DNA of 63,094 nucleotides, the filler included, from Octopus bimaculoides (Eukaryota), in assembly GCF_001194135.2 (NCBI RefSeq). It is 3 parts of 2 records of this genome, joined end to end, with 100 filler letters (N's around TTAATTAATTAA, not from the genome) between each part and the next. Parts side by side here need not be neighbours in the genome. Positions count along the whole stretch, not along the records: positions 41,951 to 63,094 come from NC_068991.1; 2 more parts are not named here. One strand, written 5' to 3'. Under the pieces are notes generated by a model. It was not told the DNA's origin. It worked only from the letters and a program-made list of their open reading frames with translations, and did no database searches. Made by a program: the position numbers and the translations under genes. Positions within the stretch are counted from its first letter, which is position 1; the number at the start of each line of letters is the position of its first letter. Below, piece after piece: positions 44,325 through 55,353 of the stretch.

Positions 44325-45089
44325 NNNNNNNNNNNNNNNNNNNNNNNNNNNNNNNNNNNNNNNNNNNNNNNNNNNNNNNNNNNNNNNNNNNNNNNNNNNN
44401 NNNNNNNNNNNNNNNNNNNNNNNNNNNNNNNNNNNNNNNNNNNNNNNNNNNNNNNNNNNNNNNNNNNNNNNNNNNNNNNNNNNNNNNNNNNNNNNNNNNN
44501 NNNNNNNNNNNNNNNNNNNNNNNNNNNNNNNNNNNNNNNNNNNNNNNNNNNNNNNNNNNNNNNNNNNNNNNNNNNNNNNNNNNNNNNNNNNNNNNNNNNN
44601 NNNNNNNNNNNNNNNNNNNNNNNNNNNNNNNNNNNNNNNNNNNNNNNNNNNNNNNNNNNNNNNNNNNNNNNNNNNNNNNNNNNNNNNNNNNNNNNNNNNN
44701 NNNNNNNNNNNNNNNNNNNNNNNNNNNNNNNNNNNNNNNNNNNNNNNNNNNNNNNNNNNNNNNNNNNNNNNNNNNNNNNNNNNNNNNNNNNNNNNNNNNN
44801 NNNNNNNNNNNNNNNNNNNNNNNNNNNNNNNNNNNNNNNNNNNNNNNNNNNNNNNNNNNNNNNNNNNNNNNNNNNNNNNNNNNNNNNNNNNNNNNNNNNN
44901 NNNNNNNNNNNNNNNNNNNNNNNNNNNNNNNNNNNNNNNNNNNNNNNNNNNNNNNNNNNNNNNNNNNNNNNNNNNNNNNNNNNNNNNNNNNNNNNNNNNN
45001 NNNNNNNNNNNNNNNNNNNNNNNNNNNNNNNNNNNNNNNNNNNNNNNNNNNNNNNNNNNNNNNNNNNNNNNNNNNNNNNNNNNNNNNNN

Positions 45090-45294
45090 ATAGGCACAAC
45101 AGAAACAGGAAGTAAGAGTGAGAGAAAGTTGTGGTGAAAGAGTAAAGCAGGGTTGACCACCATCCCCTGCCGGAGCCTCGTGGAGCTTTAGGTGTTTTCG
45201 CTTAATAAACACTCACAACACCCGGTCTGGGAATCGAAACCGTGATCCTATGACCGCGAGTCCGCTGCCCTAACCACTGGGCCATTGCGCCTCC
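45090..45294 (-). mobile_element. tRNA-derived SINE (same family as 59149), 3' part in gap
   Basis: Reverse complement of ggaggcgcaatggcccagtggttagggcagcggactcgcggtcataggatc...gtttcgattccc. Confidence 0.9.
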
Positions 45295-45996
45295 TGAGAT
45301 AGATAGATAGATTAATAGATAGATAGATACATACATACATACATACATACATACATACATACATACATGCACACACATACACACACGCAGACATACCCCC
45401 CACGCACACACAGAGAATATGTTACATATCTACGGTGTTAGTGTATTCGGTGTCTTTATGCATTTGCTTCTGTATTTGCCAAATTGCTAACCAGTCTCTC
45501 TAATACAGAAACAAAGAGTAGCTGAAATATAATTGACTTAAAATCAAATTTGTTATATCTGACGGCTTCCAGAACACTGGTGTTTGTCTTTAGCATCATT
45601 ATGGAGTAACAGGCAATAATACCATGCGTACAAACACTCTAACGCACATGCGCCCACACACTCATTGTGTATACTGTATGAATTCATAAATATGCGAACG
45701 GGAAACAAACAGAAAGTCCATAATTCTTCATCAGTTATCGACCAATGGTACTCTTCAGTTTGGCAACTTTAACGATAAGACTGAATGCTTCCCAAATGGC
45801 GGTACCCGCAAAAAAATGTTTTCTTGCTTAGAATTAGGGTCAAGAGCAAACAAAACGAAGCAAAACAAGCAAAACGACACAGTGTGTGCTTGAGGACGGT
45901 GGACGAGGACAAACACTCGAACAAAATACGGCCTTGTGGCCAAGAAGACGAGAATAGTGAGTAACGCTTAGAAAATGTTTTAAACGATGGAGAACG

Positions 45997-46470
45997 GAGA
46001 GACAGATTTTGTGACTGGTCAGCTAAGGGGCCTGTCTAAGAAAGGAAGAAAAAGACGGACTGGACGTTGGTCAGTGTGACAGCAGCTGGCAGAGGAGCAA
46101 GACAGCAGGGAGAGGGATGGACAGAGAAAAGAATGGGGATGTGGATGAAGGGGAAGGAGAAAGGCTAGGAATAGAAGAGGGTGAGAGAGTAGAAAGGCTA
46201 GAATAGAAGTGAGAGGGTGAGAGAATTTGTGACTTGTCAGCTCAGGGATTCCCTAAGAAAGGAAGAAATAGAGGAACCGGCTGCTGGCCATGTGGTAGTA
46301 GCAGGCAGAGGGGAAAGACAGAGAGGGCGCGACAGAGAAAAAAAAGGTGGATGTAGATGAAGGGGAGGGAGAAAGGCTAGGAATACAAGAGGGAGAGAGG
46401 CTAGGAGTACAAGAGAGAGAGAGAAGGAGTAAGTAGAAAGGCTAGAACAGAAGTGATAGGGTAAGAGAAA
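45997..46470. repeat. Purine-rich tandem duplication, two ~230-bp units
   Basis: tttgtgactggtcagct..ggg...ctaagaaaggaagaaa...ggatgtRgatgaagggga.ggagaaaggctaggaata appears twice. Confidence 0.8.
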
Positions 46471-46493
46471 GAAAAGAGGAAAGAATGAAGGTA

Positions 46494-47195
46494 AGAGATA
46501 CCCGGCGTTACTCGCAACTCAAATCCTACAATGTTTTTGATAGTAAGTTTCCTATATCATAAATAAAGCTAACTGCAAATTGTAATAAAATAGGTCGCTT
46601 ACTGTAACAAAATTGTCGCAAATTATAACAAAATTGGTCGCCGGGTACCGTTGAAGCCAAGCGGTAACAGTTTGATACGAAGTCCTGAGAAGAACTTTAA
46701 TGCGTTCTCAGATGGTATAACAATTACGGGTGAAGTAGCCCCGAAAAAGACTTTTTTGTCGTTCTCATAGCGGTAACAACTTGATAAGAAGCCCTGAAGA
46801 GGGCTGTAATGCGTTCTCAGGTGGTGTAACAGTCGTATGTAAAGTGGCCCTGAAAAGGGCCCTTTTTTTTCGTTTACACCGAAAGCAACGAAACTGTTGC
46901 TGTAAAATGTGAAACTCTGCGAAAACAGGTGACAAACTTAGATTCGACAAAGGAAAAAAAATATGATTGAGGAAAGTTAGTAACTTTGAAAGCATGACTA
47001 CTTTAGCACTTACCAAGGCGAGCAAGGTTGCACTGGTGTAGTTCCAGCAAGTAATTCCTTCCCCTCCTTGGAACTTTCCAGGAAGTAATTCCTCTCTGCC
47101 TCCCCTTCCATGGAACTTTCCAGGAAATATTTTCTCCCCTTCCTCAGAACTTTCCAGGTAGTAATTCATCCCCCTCCTCCCCTTCCTTGAAACTT
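46494..47195 (-). mobile_element. Probable non-autonomous Helitron derivative with internal ~38-bp repeats
   Basis: Left end gatacccggcgttactcg resembles the reverse complement of a rolling-circle 3' hairpin end. Internal ~100-bp duplication at 46660-46870. Four ggaactttccaggaagtaatt-type units at 47042-47195 match the satellite beside the Helitron helicase fragment. Confidence 0.45.
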
Positions 47196-47464
47196 TCTAT
47201 CTATCTATAGATAGATAGATAGATAGATTCAGTGAATATGGTACGTAAGTTTAAGCACCCTGTTTAAATGTAATTTCATTAAATTTCTATATCTTTGTGC
47301 AGCTGAAGATTGCTTTACATTGTATACAGCCTGATACCACGAAACGAATACAAGAGAAATAAAGCATTTGTCGATTGCTTAGCAGACCGAAACTTCGAAG
47401 TTACTGTCACCCTTCCTCTTGGAAAAGTCTAATAAATATGCATTCTGTAAAGGAAATCTTTTCT

Positions 47465-47672
47465 ACTCAAGGCACAAGGCCCCAAATTTCTAGAGAGGGT
47501 GCCAGTCGATTAGATCGACCCCAGTACGCAACTGGTACTTAATTTATCGATCCCGAAAGGATGAAAGGCAAAGTCGACCTCGGCAGAATTTGAACTCAAA
47601 ACGTAAAGACAGACGAAATACCACTACGCATTTTGCCCGTCGTGTTAATGTTTTTGCCAGCTCGCCGCTTTA
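47465..47672 (-). mobile_element. SINE (same family as 10454)
   Basis: gatcgaccccagtacgcaactggtacttaatttatcgatcccgaaaggatgaaaggcaaagtcgacctcggcagaatttgaactc. Confidence 0.9.
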
Positions 47673-48909
47673 TTCCGTAAAGAAAATATAGAGTAATTCT
47701 TCTGTTTAATGTTAAACCTTGACACGCCGGAGAAAATGTTCAGTTGTTTTTCGTCCGTTCTGAGTTCAAATACTACCGATGTCCACTTTGCCTTCCACCC
47801 TTTAATCTTGTACCACCAAATTCCAGGCATTATGTCTATAGTAAGTAGAATGGACTATAACTCGACATGAAAACAAACATTAATATATATGTATGTGTGT
47901 CGTGTGCATATATACCTATCTGCTGTTCATTCAATTCCCAGCAGATCATTTAAAGAATTGGTCTTTCAAATATCTTCCATTTCTGATAGTGAATTTAAAA
48001 ACAAAGATGCCTTTATCTCACGAAATTGCAACCGTTACATTCGTTTTTATGACTGTACAACTATTTATCAAACGATTTCATGCATTTTAGTAACACATGT
48101 ATATTTATTTGTAAGTTTGTTCGCTTTTATTTTCTTGTATATCATATGATTACCATTCCGACACTCAATTTATCATATGAATACCCGCTTTATGACAACA
48201 AATATTTAGATTATCACATCAATATCCGATTTATCACACCAACTGTCAGATTGTCGTGTTAATAATTGATCTATCTCATCGATAACTATTTGTCGTGTTG
48301 CTTGATTTGCGATGATAGTGGCGGTATACAGATGAAGGAAGAAACAGAAGAGGGTAGAAAGAAAGGAAGAAAGAAAAGAAAGAAAACAAAAAAGAAAGAA
48401 AGAAGAGAAATAGACGGGATGAAAAGTAAACAGAGATAAAGATAAATATACCGTAATGGAAAGAAAGAAATAGTGAATATGTAAGAGGAGGAAGATAAAA
48501 GAATGGGTTGTTGGCTTAGAAATTATCGAAGACAGTAATCTAAGGATGGTATCCTGTAAAGAGTGAAGCGTTCTATAAGACAGGAATCTTTTCTATTATT
48601 CTGGTTATCAGTGAGAAAAACTGTCAAATTACTCGCTCTGCGAGGACATCAATGCTGGGAGGCCACGTACGTAACTGTAAATGTGTGAAATACATCTTGT
48701 AAAGAATGACAAAATCGTGCAGCTTGTTAGAAATAAAATAAGAATATTGCTCAATGTTAAATCATTTATGTATGTAATGTTTCTAATAGGAATGAAAGAA
48801 AGAATTGTGTAAACAGTTCGTGGAACAATTCTCCGAAAGGACAGTAAATTTATAAGATACAATATTTTTACTGATTTCAGCCAGGTATGTAACCATACCC
48901 ATTCTGTCA

Positions 48910-49052
48910 TTATTATCTCCGCCTTAGCGAAGGCAGATGTATTGTTTTTAGTCGTGTTTGTTTGTTTGTCCGTGGACAAGATATCTCAAGAACTGCTGGA
49001 TGGATTCGGATGGAACTTTCAGGGATGTTTGACCTCGTGACTGGTGCGAACT
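48910..49052 (+). mobile_element. Helentron-associated (HINE/DINE-like) element, left part
   Basis: ttattatctccgccttagcgaaggcaga subterminal hairpin followed by (gttt)n and gatggattcggatggaacttt, typical HINE architecture. Continues at 53007. Confidence 0.6.
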
Positions 49053-49464
49053 TATTTTTTATTTAAGCACTCAGGCTTATACACAGAGGTAACAGCACAA
49101 GAACAGCCAGAACATCACAGTGGGGACAAAAAACACAAAACGAAACGAATGAAGGATGAACAATAATAATGCAGATGAAATGGCTGCATGCTCCCCTCTC
49201 GCAAGCAGTATCATTTAAATGTTTTAGTTAAACGTTTTTATCATCTTTTTCTCTTCATTTTTGATTTATGCACCTGTGTTACGATCATTAGAGATTCAAA
49301 TATTTACTTACTCTTCTTCACCATTTTATTTATTTGGTACGTTAATATTTTAGTAAGTTTAAGAATTTAATATTGTAAAGACACGACGATTTTTATACGA
49401 TTAATAATATAAATATTTTAATTAATTAAATTAATAATAGTATTTTAGCTTAATTCATAAATGG

Positions 49465-50605
49465 AAATTTCCGAGGATAAGCTACTTCCTGGACAGTTTC
49501 AAGGATAGGACATGCTGGAAAATCCGGAAAGCATCCTGGAAAGTTCCGAGGACTTCCTGGAAAGTTCCAAAGGCTTCCTTGAAGGATACAAGAATTTCCT
49601 GGAAGTTCCGAGAATCAACTACTTCCTAGAACATTCAGAGGACTTCCTGGAAAGTTCAAAGGTTCAACTAGAAAGTTCCTGGAAAGTTAGGATTTCCTGG
49701 AAAGTTCCGAGGCTGAACTACTTCCTGGAGAGATCCGAGGATAGTTCTTCCTGAAAAATTTCGAGGACTTCCTGGAAAGATCCAATGGCTTCATAGAAAG
49801 TTCGGGTAGTTCATGGACAGTTCCAAGGATGAACTACTTCCTGTAAAGTTCCGAGGATTCGACGTCCAGGAAAATTCCGAGGATTGAACTTCCTGAAAAA
49901 TTCCGAGGATGGGACATCCTGGAAAATTCCGAGGATGGGACATCCTGGAAAATCCCGAGGAAACTTCCTGGAAACTTCGGAGAATTTCCTGAACATTCCG
50001 AGGATATGGTAGGTGCTCACTGGAAAATTTCGAGAACTTCCTGGAAAATTCCAAGGATTTCATGGATAGTTCCGAAGATGGAATATGCACTTTCGGAAAA
50101 ATTCTGAAAACTTCCTGGAAATTCCAAGGATTTCCTGGAAAATCCTGAGGGTTTTATGGAAAATTCCGAGGATTTCAAGGAAAATTCCGATGATTGGAAA
50201 TGTACTTTCGGGAAAATTCTGAGAACTTCCTGGAAAATTCCGAGGATTTCATGGGGAGTTCCGGGGATTTCATGGAATGTTCCGACGAAGTGATAGGTAC
50301 TTCCTGGATAATTCCGGGGACTTCCTGGACAATTCCGAGGATTTCATGGAAAGTTCCAACGATGGGATATGTACTTCCGGAAAAATTCTGAGAATTTCCT
50401 TAAAGTTCCGAGGTTTTTTATGGAAAGTTTCGAGGACGGGATATGTACTTCCGAGAAAATTCTGAGAACTTCCTGGAAAACTCTGAGGATTTCATGGATA
50501 GTTCCGAGGATAGGATATGTAATTCTGGGAAAATTCTGAGAAGTTCCTGTAAAGTTCCGAGGATTGCATGGAATGTTCCGAGGATTTAAGAACAACTTCC
50601 TGGTT
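49465..50605 (+). repeat. Degenerate minisatellite of ttcctggaaagttccgagga-type units with ~74-bp higher-order period
   Basis: Dozens of ~10/20-bp units; ggatatgta recurs at 50365, 50439 and 50513. Confidence 0.9.
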
Positions 50606-50607
50606 AT

Positions 50608-50829
50608 TTTAAGCGGCTTCAATTTCCTGTCAAACTCTCTTTTGAAAAGGCAATGAATAAGGCACAGGGTCAATCTTTGCAAATGGTTGGTTTAAATCTC
50701 ACAGATCAAGTGTTTTCCCATGGTCAACATTACGTTGGATGCTCCCGTGTTGGCAGGCCACAAAATCTATACATTTGTGCATCAGAAGGCAAAACGAGAA
50801 ACGTTGCATACAAAGAAGCCCTCCACTGA
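50608..50829 (+). mobile_element. Helitron RepHel helicase C-terminal fragment
   Basis: FKRLQFPVKLSFEKAMNKAQGQSLQMVGLNLTDQVFSHGQHYVGCSRVGRPQNLYICASEGKTRNVAYKEALH*, matching the Pif1-like Helitron motifs QFP..L.FA.TINKSQGQ and FSHGQLYVA.SRV. Confidence 0.92.
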
Positions 50830-53006
50830 AAAGACGGCATTTCTTCACACCTTCCAAATCACCCCAGTCATCTGCCGCCTCAAAAGCTTCGTACTTGTCG
50901 TGCCAGCCAATGTAAGTCAATGACACAATTTCACTCATTCACTCCATCTCTCTTTCTCACCCTCTTTCTCTCTCATATACACACACACACACGCACACAC
51001 ACACACACGCGCACGTCCATTTCATATATCTTTCAATTTCTGCTCTCTGCAAATAAAATTTTTACGGATACAACTGCGTACAAAAATTGGGATTAATGTA
51101 TAATTTCTTTCTATGTTCATAATAAAATAAATGTTTTAATGATTATACAGAAGTCCAATAGAATAGCTCTCAGAAACAGACTACGTACAAATTCTTTCTT
51201 CACAACTCCTGAAGCCATTTTCTGACAGGGGGTGATGAAATCTTCATACACCTAGAGGCTCCAATCGAAACAGGGGACCCGAAATGATAGGCCGGGTTTA
51301 GCAGCTAATATATATATATTATTACCTTTGAGGTTTTTTATTCCCACGCTGGCCACAAGATAAGATCGGTATTTTAAATACCGATCTTATCCTTATTTAT
51401 ATAGATAGATAGATTCATAGATAGATATACATATATACGCATTCATCAGATCAGACATACACGCACGCGCGCACACATTCATACATACAGATATATATAT
51501 GCGAGTATGCATATGTATCTCTCTCTCTCTCTCACTCACGTACTCTCTCAGGTCCTCATAATCTATTACTGGCAACAAGTCGTTGAACTCCACACGTACT
51601 CCTGTTAGGTCTATCCTATTTATGAACCATCCTCTTAGTCTAGCACATCTCTCCTTGTCAATTACAATTGCCTTGGTACTCTCTGGATAGTATTCTATTG
51701 TTAGCTTCACTCTTATTATCGACTTCATTTTCGTTATTTTCTTTTCAGTCTCCGTGCTTTTCGTATAAGTCACCATATGTCATTTATTTTTCGGTTCTTT
51801 TATAGTTAATTGTTCCTGTAGTCCCATTTTGTTTTCGACGTTGGCCTCCCTTGTTGATATTATTGGAATCTCATATCGTGTCTCTTCCTGTTTATTTTCC
51901 TTCCTTTTCTTTAACGGATTCTTTGGCGGAGAGTTCACGTCTTTCTTCCTTTTTATTTCTATTTACCACCGTATAATTCCTCCTCCACTTTCTCCGGATA
52001 CTTCTCACTTACTGGAACCGTTACTTCAGCACTCTGCTCCCGCTCGGTACCCTGCTGCTGCTGTTCCTCTACACCTTTAACGTCTTTCTGGGGACACCTC
52101 GCTCTCATGTGTCCTCTTACTCCACACTGGTAAGAAGTTGGAGGTGTTCCCTCCACCACTACTCTTAATCTCACTTTCTCCGGCAGTATCACCTCCTCCG
52201 CTCTCGTGTAAGTCTTGTAAACTGATTACCACCTCGAGGCCGTATACCCAGTAGTTTACCTCCTTCGTTCTCGTTACTTTTAAAACTTTCGCTTCCTCCT
52301 CCATATTATACATAATGGCTGCCACCAGCTACACCTCCTCAATCTCCGGGGGTACTCTGCCAATCCTTACCCTGGCCACTCGTTTGCCACAGTAAGTTGG
52401 TACAGTAAGTACCCACTGTGGTGTCCTCAGCGCCACAGTGGAGTGCTTTATCGCTTCTTGTTCGCTCACGAACCTTACCTCTACTGTGCCGTACTTTTTC
52501 CCTCTGGTGTAGAATGTTGTGAGGCTTTTTACCTCCTTCAAACACTCCTCAATGACTTCCACAGTAGCTATTTCAATTCGTTTCGTTGCCATGAACAGCT
52601 TTCTACATACTACTGTCCGCTTAGTTACACTCGCTGTCAAATTTTCCGGCGGTGTCAACCTCAAACTTGTTCCATCCTTCTCAATAAGTCTGTTGATCTC
52701 CTTCAACTTCCCTTACTCCATCTTCACCTCTCGAACCTGTAACACGTCTGCAGTTAAGCTTCTTGCAGTGGCTGAAGCATAGCTGCCGGCTGAAAATGGT
52801 TCGCACTCCATTCTTTTTTCTTCTATTTCACCCATAAACGGAGAAGAAAATAAATATAATTTCACAGGCAAAAAAACAGCAACTAACAATTCAACACTGA
52901 GGTTCAACAATTAGGTTCACCCTTACGGGAGACCTTCAACAAATAATTAACAATGTGACTCACGTCTAACAGGGATCAAAAGTGATTAAATCGGACAGCA
53001 GAAAAA

Positions 53007-53070
53007 ACTGGTGTGAACTGATTAGATTTGGGGATCGATTTCGGCACCGGACAAGGATTTGGGTTAGAAT
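53007..53070 (+). mobile_element. Helentron-associated element, right part (continuation of 48910-49052)
   Basis: Restarts with the duplicated 13-mer and continues gattagatttggggatcgat..cggcaccggacaaggattt. Confidence 0.5.
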
Positions 53071-53248
53071 TAATGTTGAGATGCTGTTAAGTTTAGCCAT
53101 TCGTAGTTATAGGGGTGCAATCTTGTAAAAAAGAAAATTAAACCAAAAATGACTGATTACCCCTTCAAAATCGCATACTTCTATCATGTGAGACTGCCTT
53201 CGAACATACTATGACTATTGGGTAATACGGAGTAGTATAAGAGTAAGG

Positions 53249-53809
53249 TTGTGACATATTAAAAAAACAAGGAAACAGAAAAAAATTCTAAAATTTAAGC
53301 ATATTATAAGAGTAAAGTTACCCACAGATGTGTACTCTGAAAATGTGAAGGCCATTGTGGTCGATAAGGACACATACAGGAAACTAAAAGACATGTGCAG
53401 AGAAAAGATTGACACGCCCGGAGTAGCGGTGGCGTTCGACGAGCTGCCACCAGTAATCGAACACATGAACTTGGAGCCGTTTATGAGATATTAAAAAAAA
53501 AAGAGTAAAATTGTCTTGGAAAAAAGGAACAAAAAAGAAGGAAAAAAGGGTTTTGTGTTATAAATATATATTTTTAAAAAAAAAGAAAGAAAAAAACAGA
53601 TAAGTAAGAAAAAAACAATAGAAAAGTAAACGATGGTAAATAGAAATAATGTATATAAATGTTCAAATGGTACTGCATGGTAATGGGGCCCATGCAGCCA
53701 TTTCATTTTTTCATTATATAACATCTCATTGTCATTAGTTTTATCTCCTCATTGTAATGTTGTGTCTCTCCCCCTCTGTGTTGTGGCCGGAAGTACCAAA
53801 TAAAGAAAT
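53249..53809 (+). mobile_element. 5'-truncated paralog of the ORF1-only retroelement with perfect 16-bp TSD
   Basis: tagtataagagtaagg at 53233-53248 and 53810-53825. Frame 53261-53494 encodes KFKHIIRVKLPTDVYSENVKAIVVDK...PPVIEHMNLEPFMRY*. Ends with AATAAAGAAAT. Confidence 0.85.
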
Positions 53810-53983
53810 TAGTATAAGAGTAAGGGGAGGAGGAAAATTAAAAAATATTACTATTTATAGCAAGGCAAAGAGCAACGTTATTGCATTTCTTGTTTACTCT
53901 CCGAATAAATCAGATGTTATTGAGTAATTACGTAACTTGTTAGTGTCTCCTGTTTTGAACGATACAGAAGCAGGGCTACAGCA

Positions 53984-53986
53984 ATG
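53984..53986 (+). CDS. TUBA: Alpha-tubulin coding exon 1 (ATG only)
   Basis: GCAATG|GTAAGT: ATG directly followed by a consensus donor. An intron right after the start codon is the conserved animal alpha-tubulin layout, and it joins in phase 0 to AGA GAA TGT (REC) at 55354. Confidence 0.8.
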
Positions 53987-55353
53987 GTAAGTTTGATACC
54001 GTTTTGTTCCAGTCTATTACTCTACAAAATTAAAGGGAATCAAGTTTTGAATACAATAACATTCACATTTAGAGAATGTGTTGTTCAAATTTATTTGTTT
54101 GAATTTTAAATATATATTTATATATCTTCAAATGTTACTAGGAATTTTTTTAACGTTGAATTCAACATGTCTTAAAGTGACCTGTGAGATATAGCCAAAA
54201 GTAGTCGCAGCAGCATCCTATTCTACATGAGCAACACCGAAACGTATAAACAACTCTAAATATTTAAGAAAACCTATGATTTTAGTTTTTTTTTTTTTAA
54301 TCAACGACAATGTGTCTTGAGCTGCTGCTGCCAAATAACGACCAGAAAAATTTGCAGAAAAATTATCGAAACTTAGAACGAAGAACTATAGTAGTCTGCC
54401 TGTTCATTCAAAACATTATTACTTTTCTATTCACATCTCGTACTCGCATATAACCCATAAACATTTTTCTTGTCTCCACAGAATCGTATTTAGAACTACA
54501 TAATTTAAAGAAAAATCTTATATTTATTTTTGAATTTGATAATTTTTTTTTTTCTTCGATTTTTACTAATATATTCTTCATTCACTTTACTTAGTCGGTT
54601 TTTGTGGACCTGCAATATTCACTGGATAGAAGGTTTCCTTGTCTGCTGTATAGCTTTTACGCTGAATGGATCCTTGGTTCCCGTGCTATCAAAATCTGTA
54701 GTTTTAACTTAAATAAATGGCTGACGATTTCGGAATCTTTTGAAACTTAGGTAATCTCCAGGAAGACCAATGGTTAACCTTCATTATTAATTTGGAAACC
54801 CTCTAATTAGATACATTTCATTTGATGGGTATCTACAGGACTACTATTAAACCCATTTCCAAGGTCGACCCAAAGTTTTGCTGGAAGGTACCTCCTCAAA
54901 ATATCGTGGGATGATGGAGAAATGAGAAATTGAGCAGCAAACTTACACTGCATGAAGGTTGTTTAAAATATTTGTGTGCTCAATAGTTAGATTGAATTTA
55001 TGGATATCTTGTGTTACGATTTAGTTCTCGGAAAAGCGGTTCCTTGGTTCTTTCAATTCCCTAAAGAACTATTTCCATGTTTATTTTTTGTTTTTCTTTA
55101 ACTCCATAATCCGAAGGTTTGTTAACGAAAACTTATGTTCAAAAGCGTTCCAGTCTATTTTCCCCTTTAGATTTAGATTTCGTGATACAATGCAGCGATT
55201 TTCGTAAATCGATAGCGTAAGATATGAAAGAATTAGACAATTTCTGACTGGCATCCCACCTGGCAATGCGCCCTGTTTGGCTCGATTACCCCTTTTATCC
55301 TATTTCTTTAGTTTCTAATAAAATAATGCTATTATAAAACACTTCTTTTTCAG

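Larger units (their letters stand above)
49053..53006 (-). mobile_element. Non-LTR retroelement with decayed ORF1 (RRM-like + zinc knuckle), no ORF2 found; contains nested insertions
   Basis: 13-bp TSD actggtgYgaact (49040-49052 / 53007-53019) and AAATAAAAAATA tail at the left end. ORF1 runs from about 52835 (SYASA, YGTVEVRF, VRIGRVPPEI, VVVEGTPPTSYQCGVRGHMRARCP) to about 51540, with stops and a frameshift. 3' UTR is homologous to the 53249-53809 element. Confidence 0.75.

Noticed and set aside
49512-50682. ORFs with repeated FLESSEDF/PRNF peptides; array considered as CRISPR-like
   Set aside because: Translations of a degenerate minisatellite. There are no unique spacers or cas genes, and the DNA is eukaryotic.
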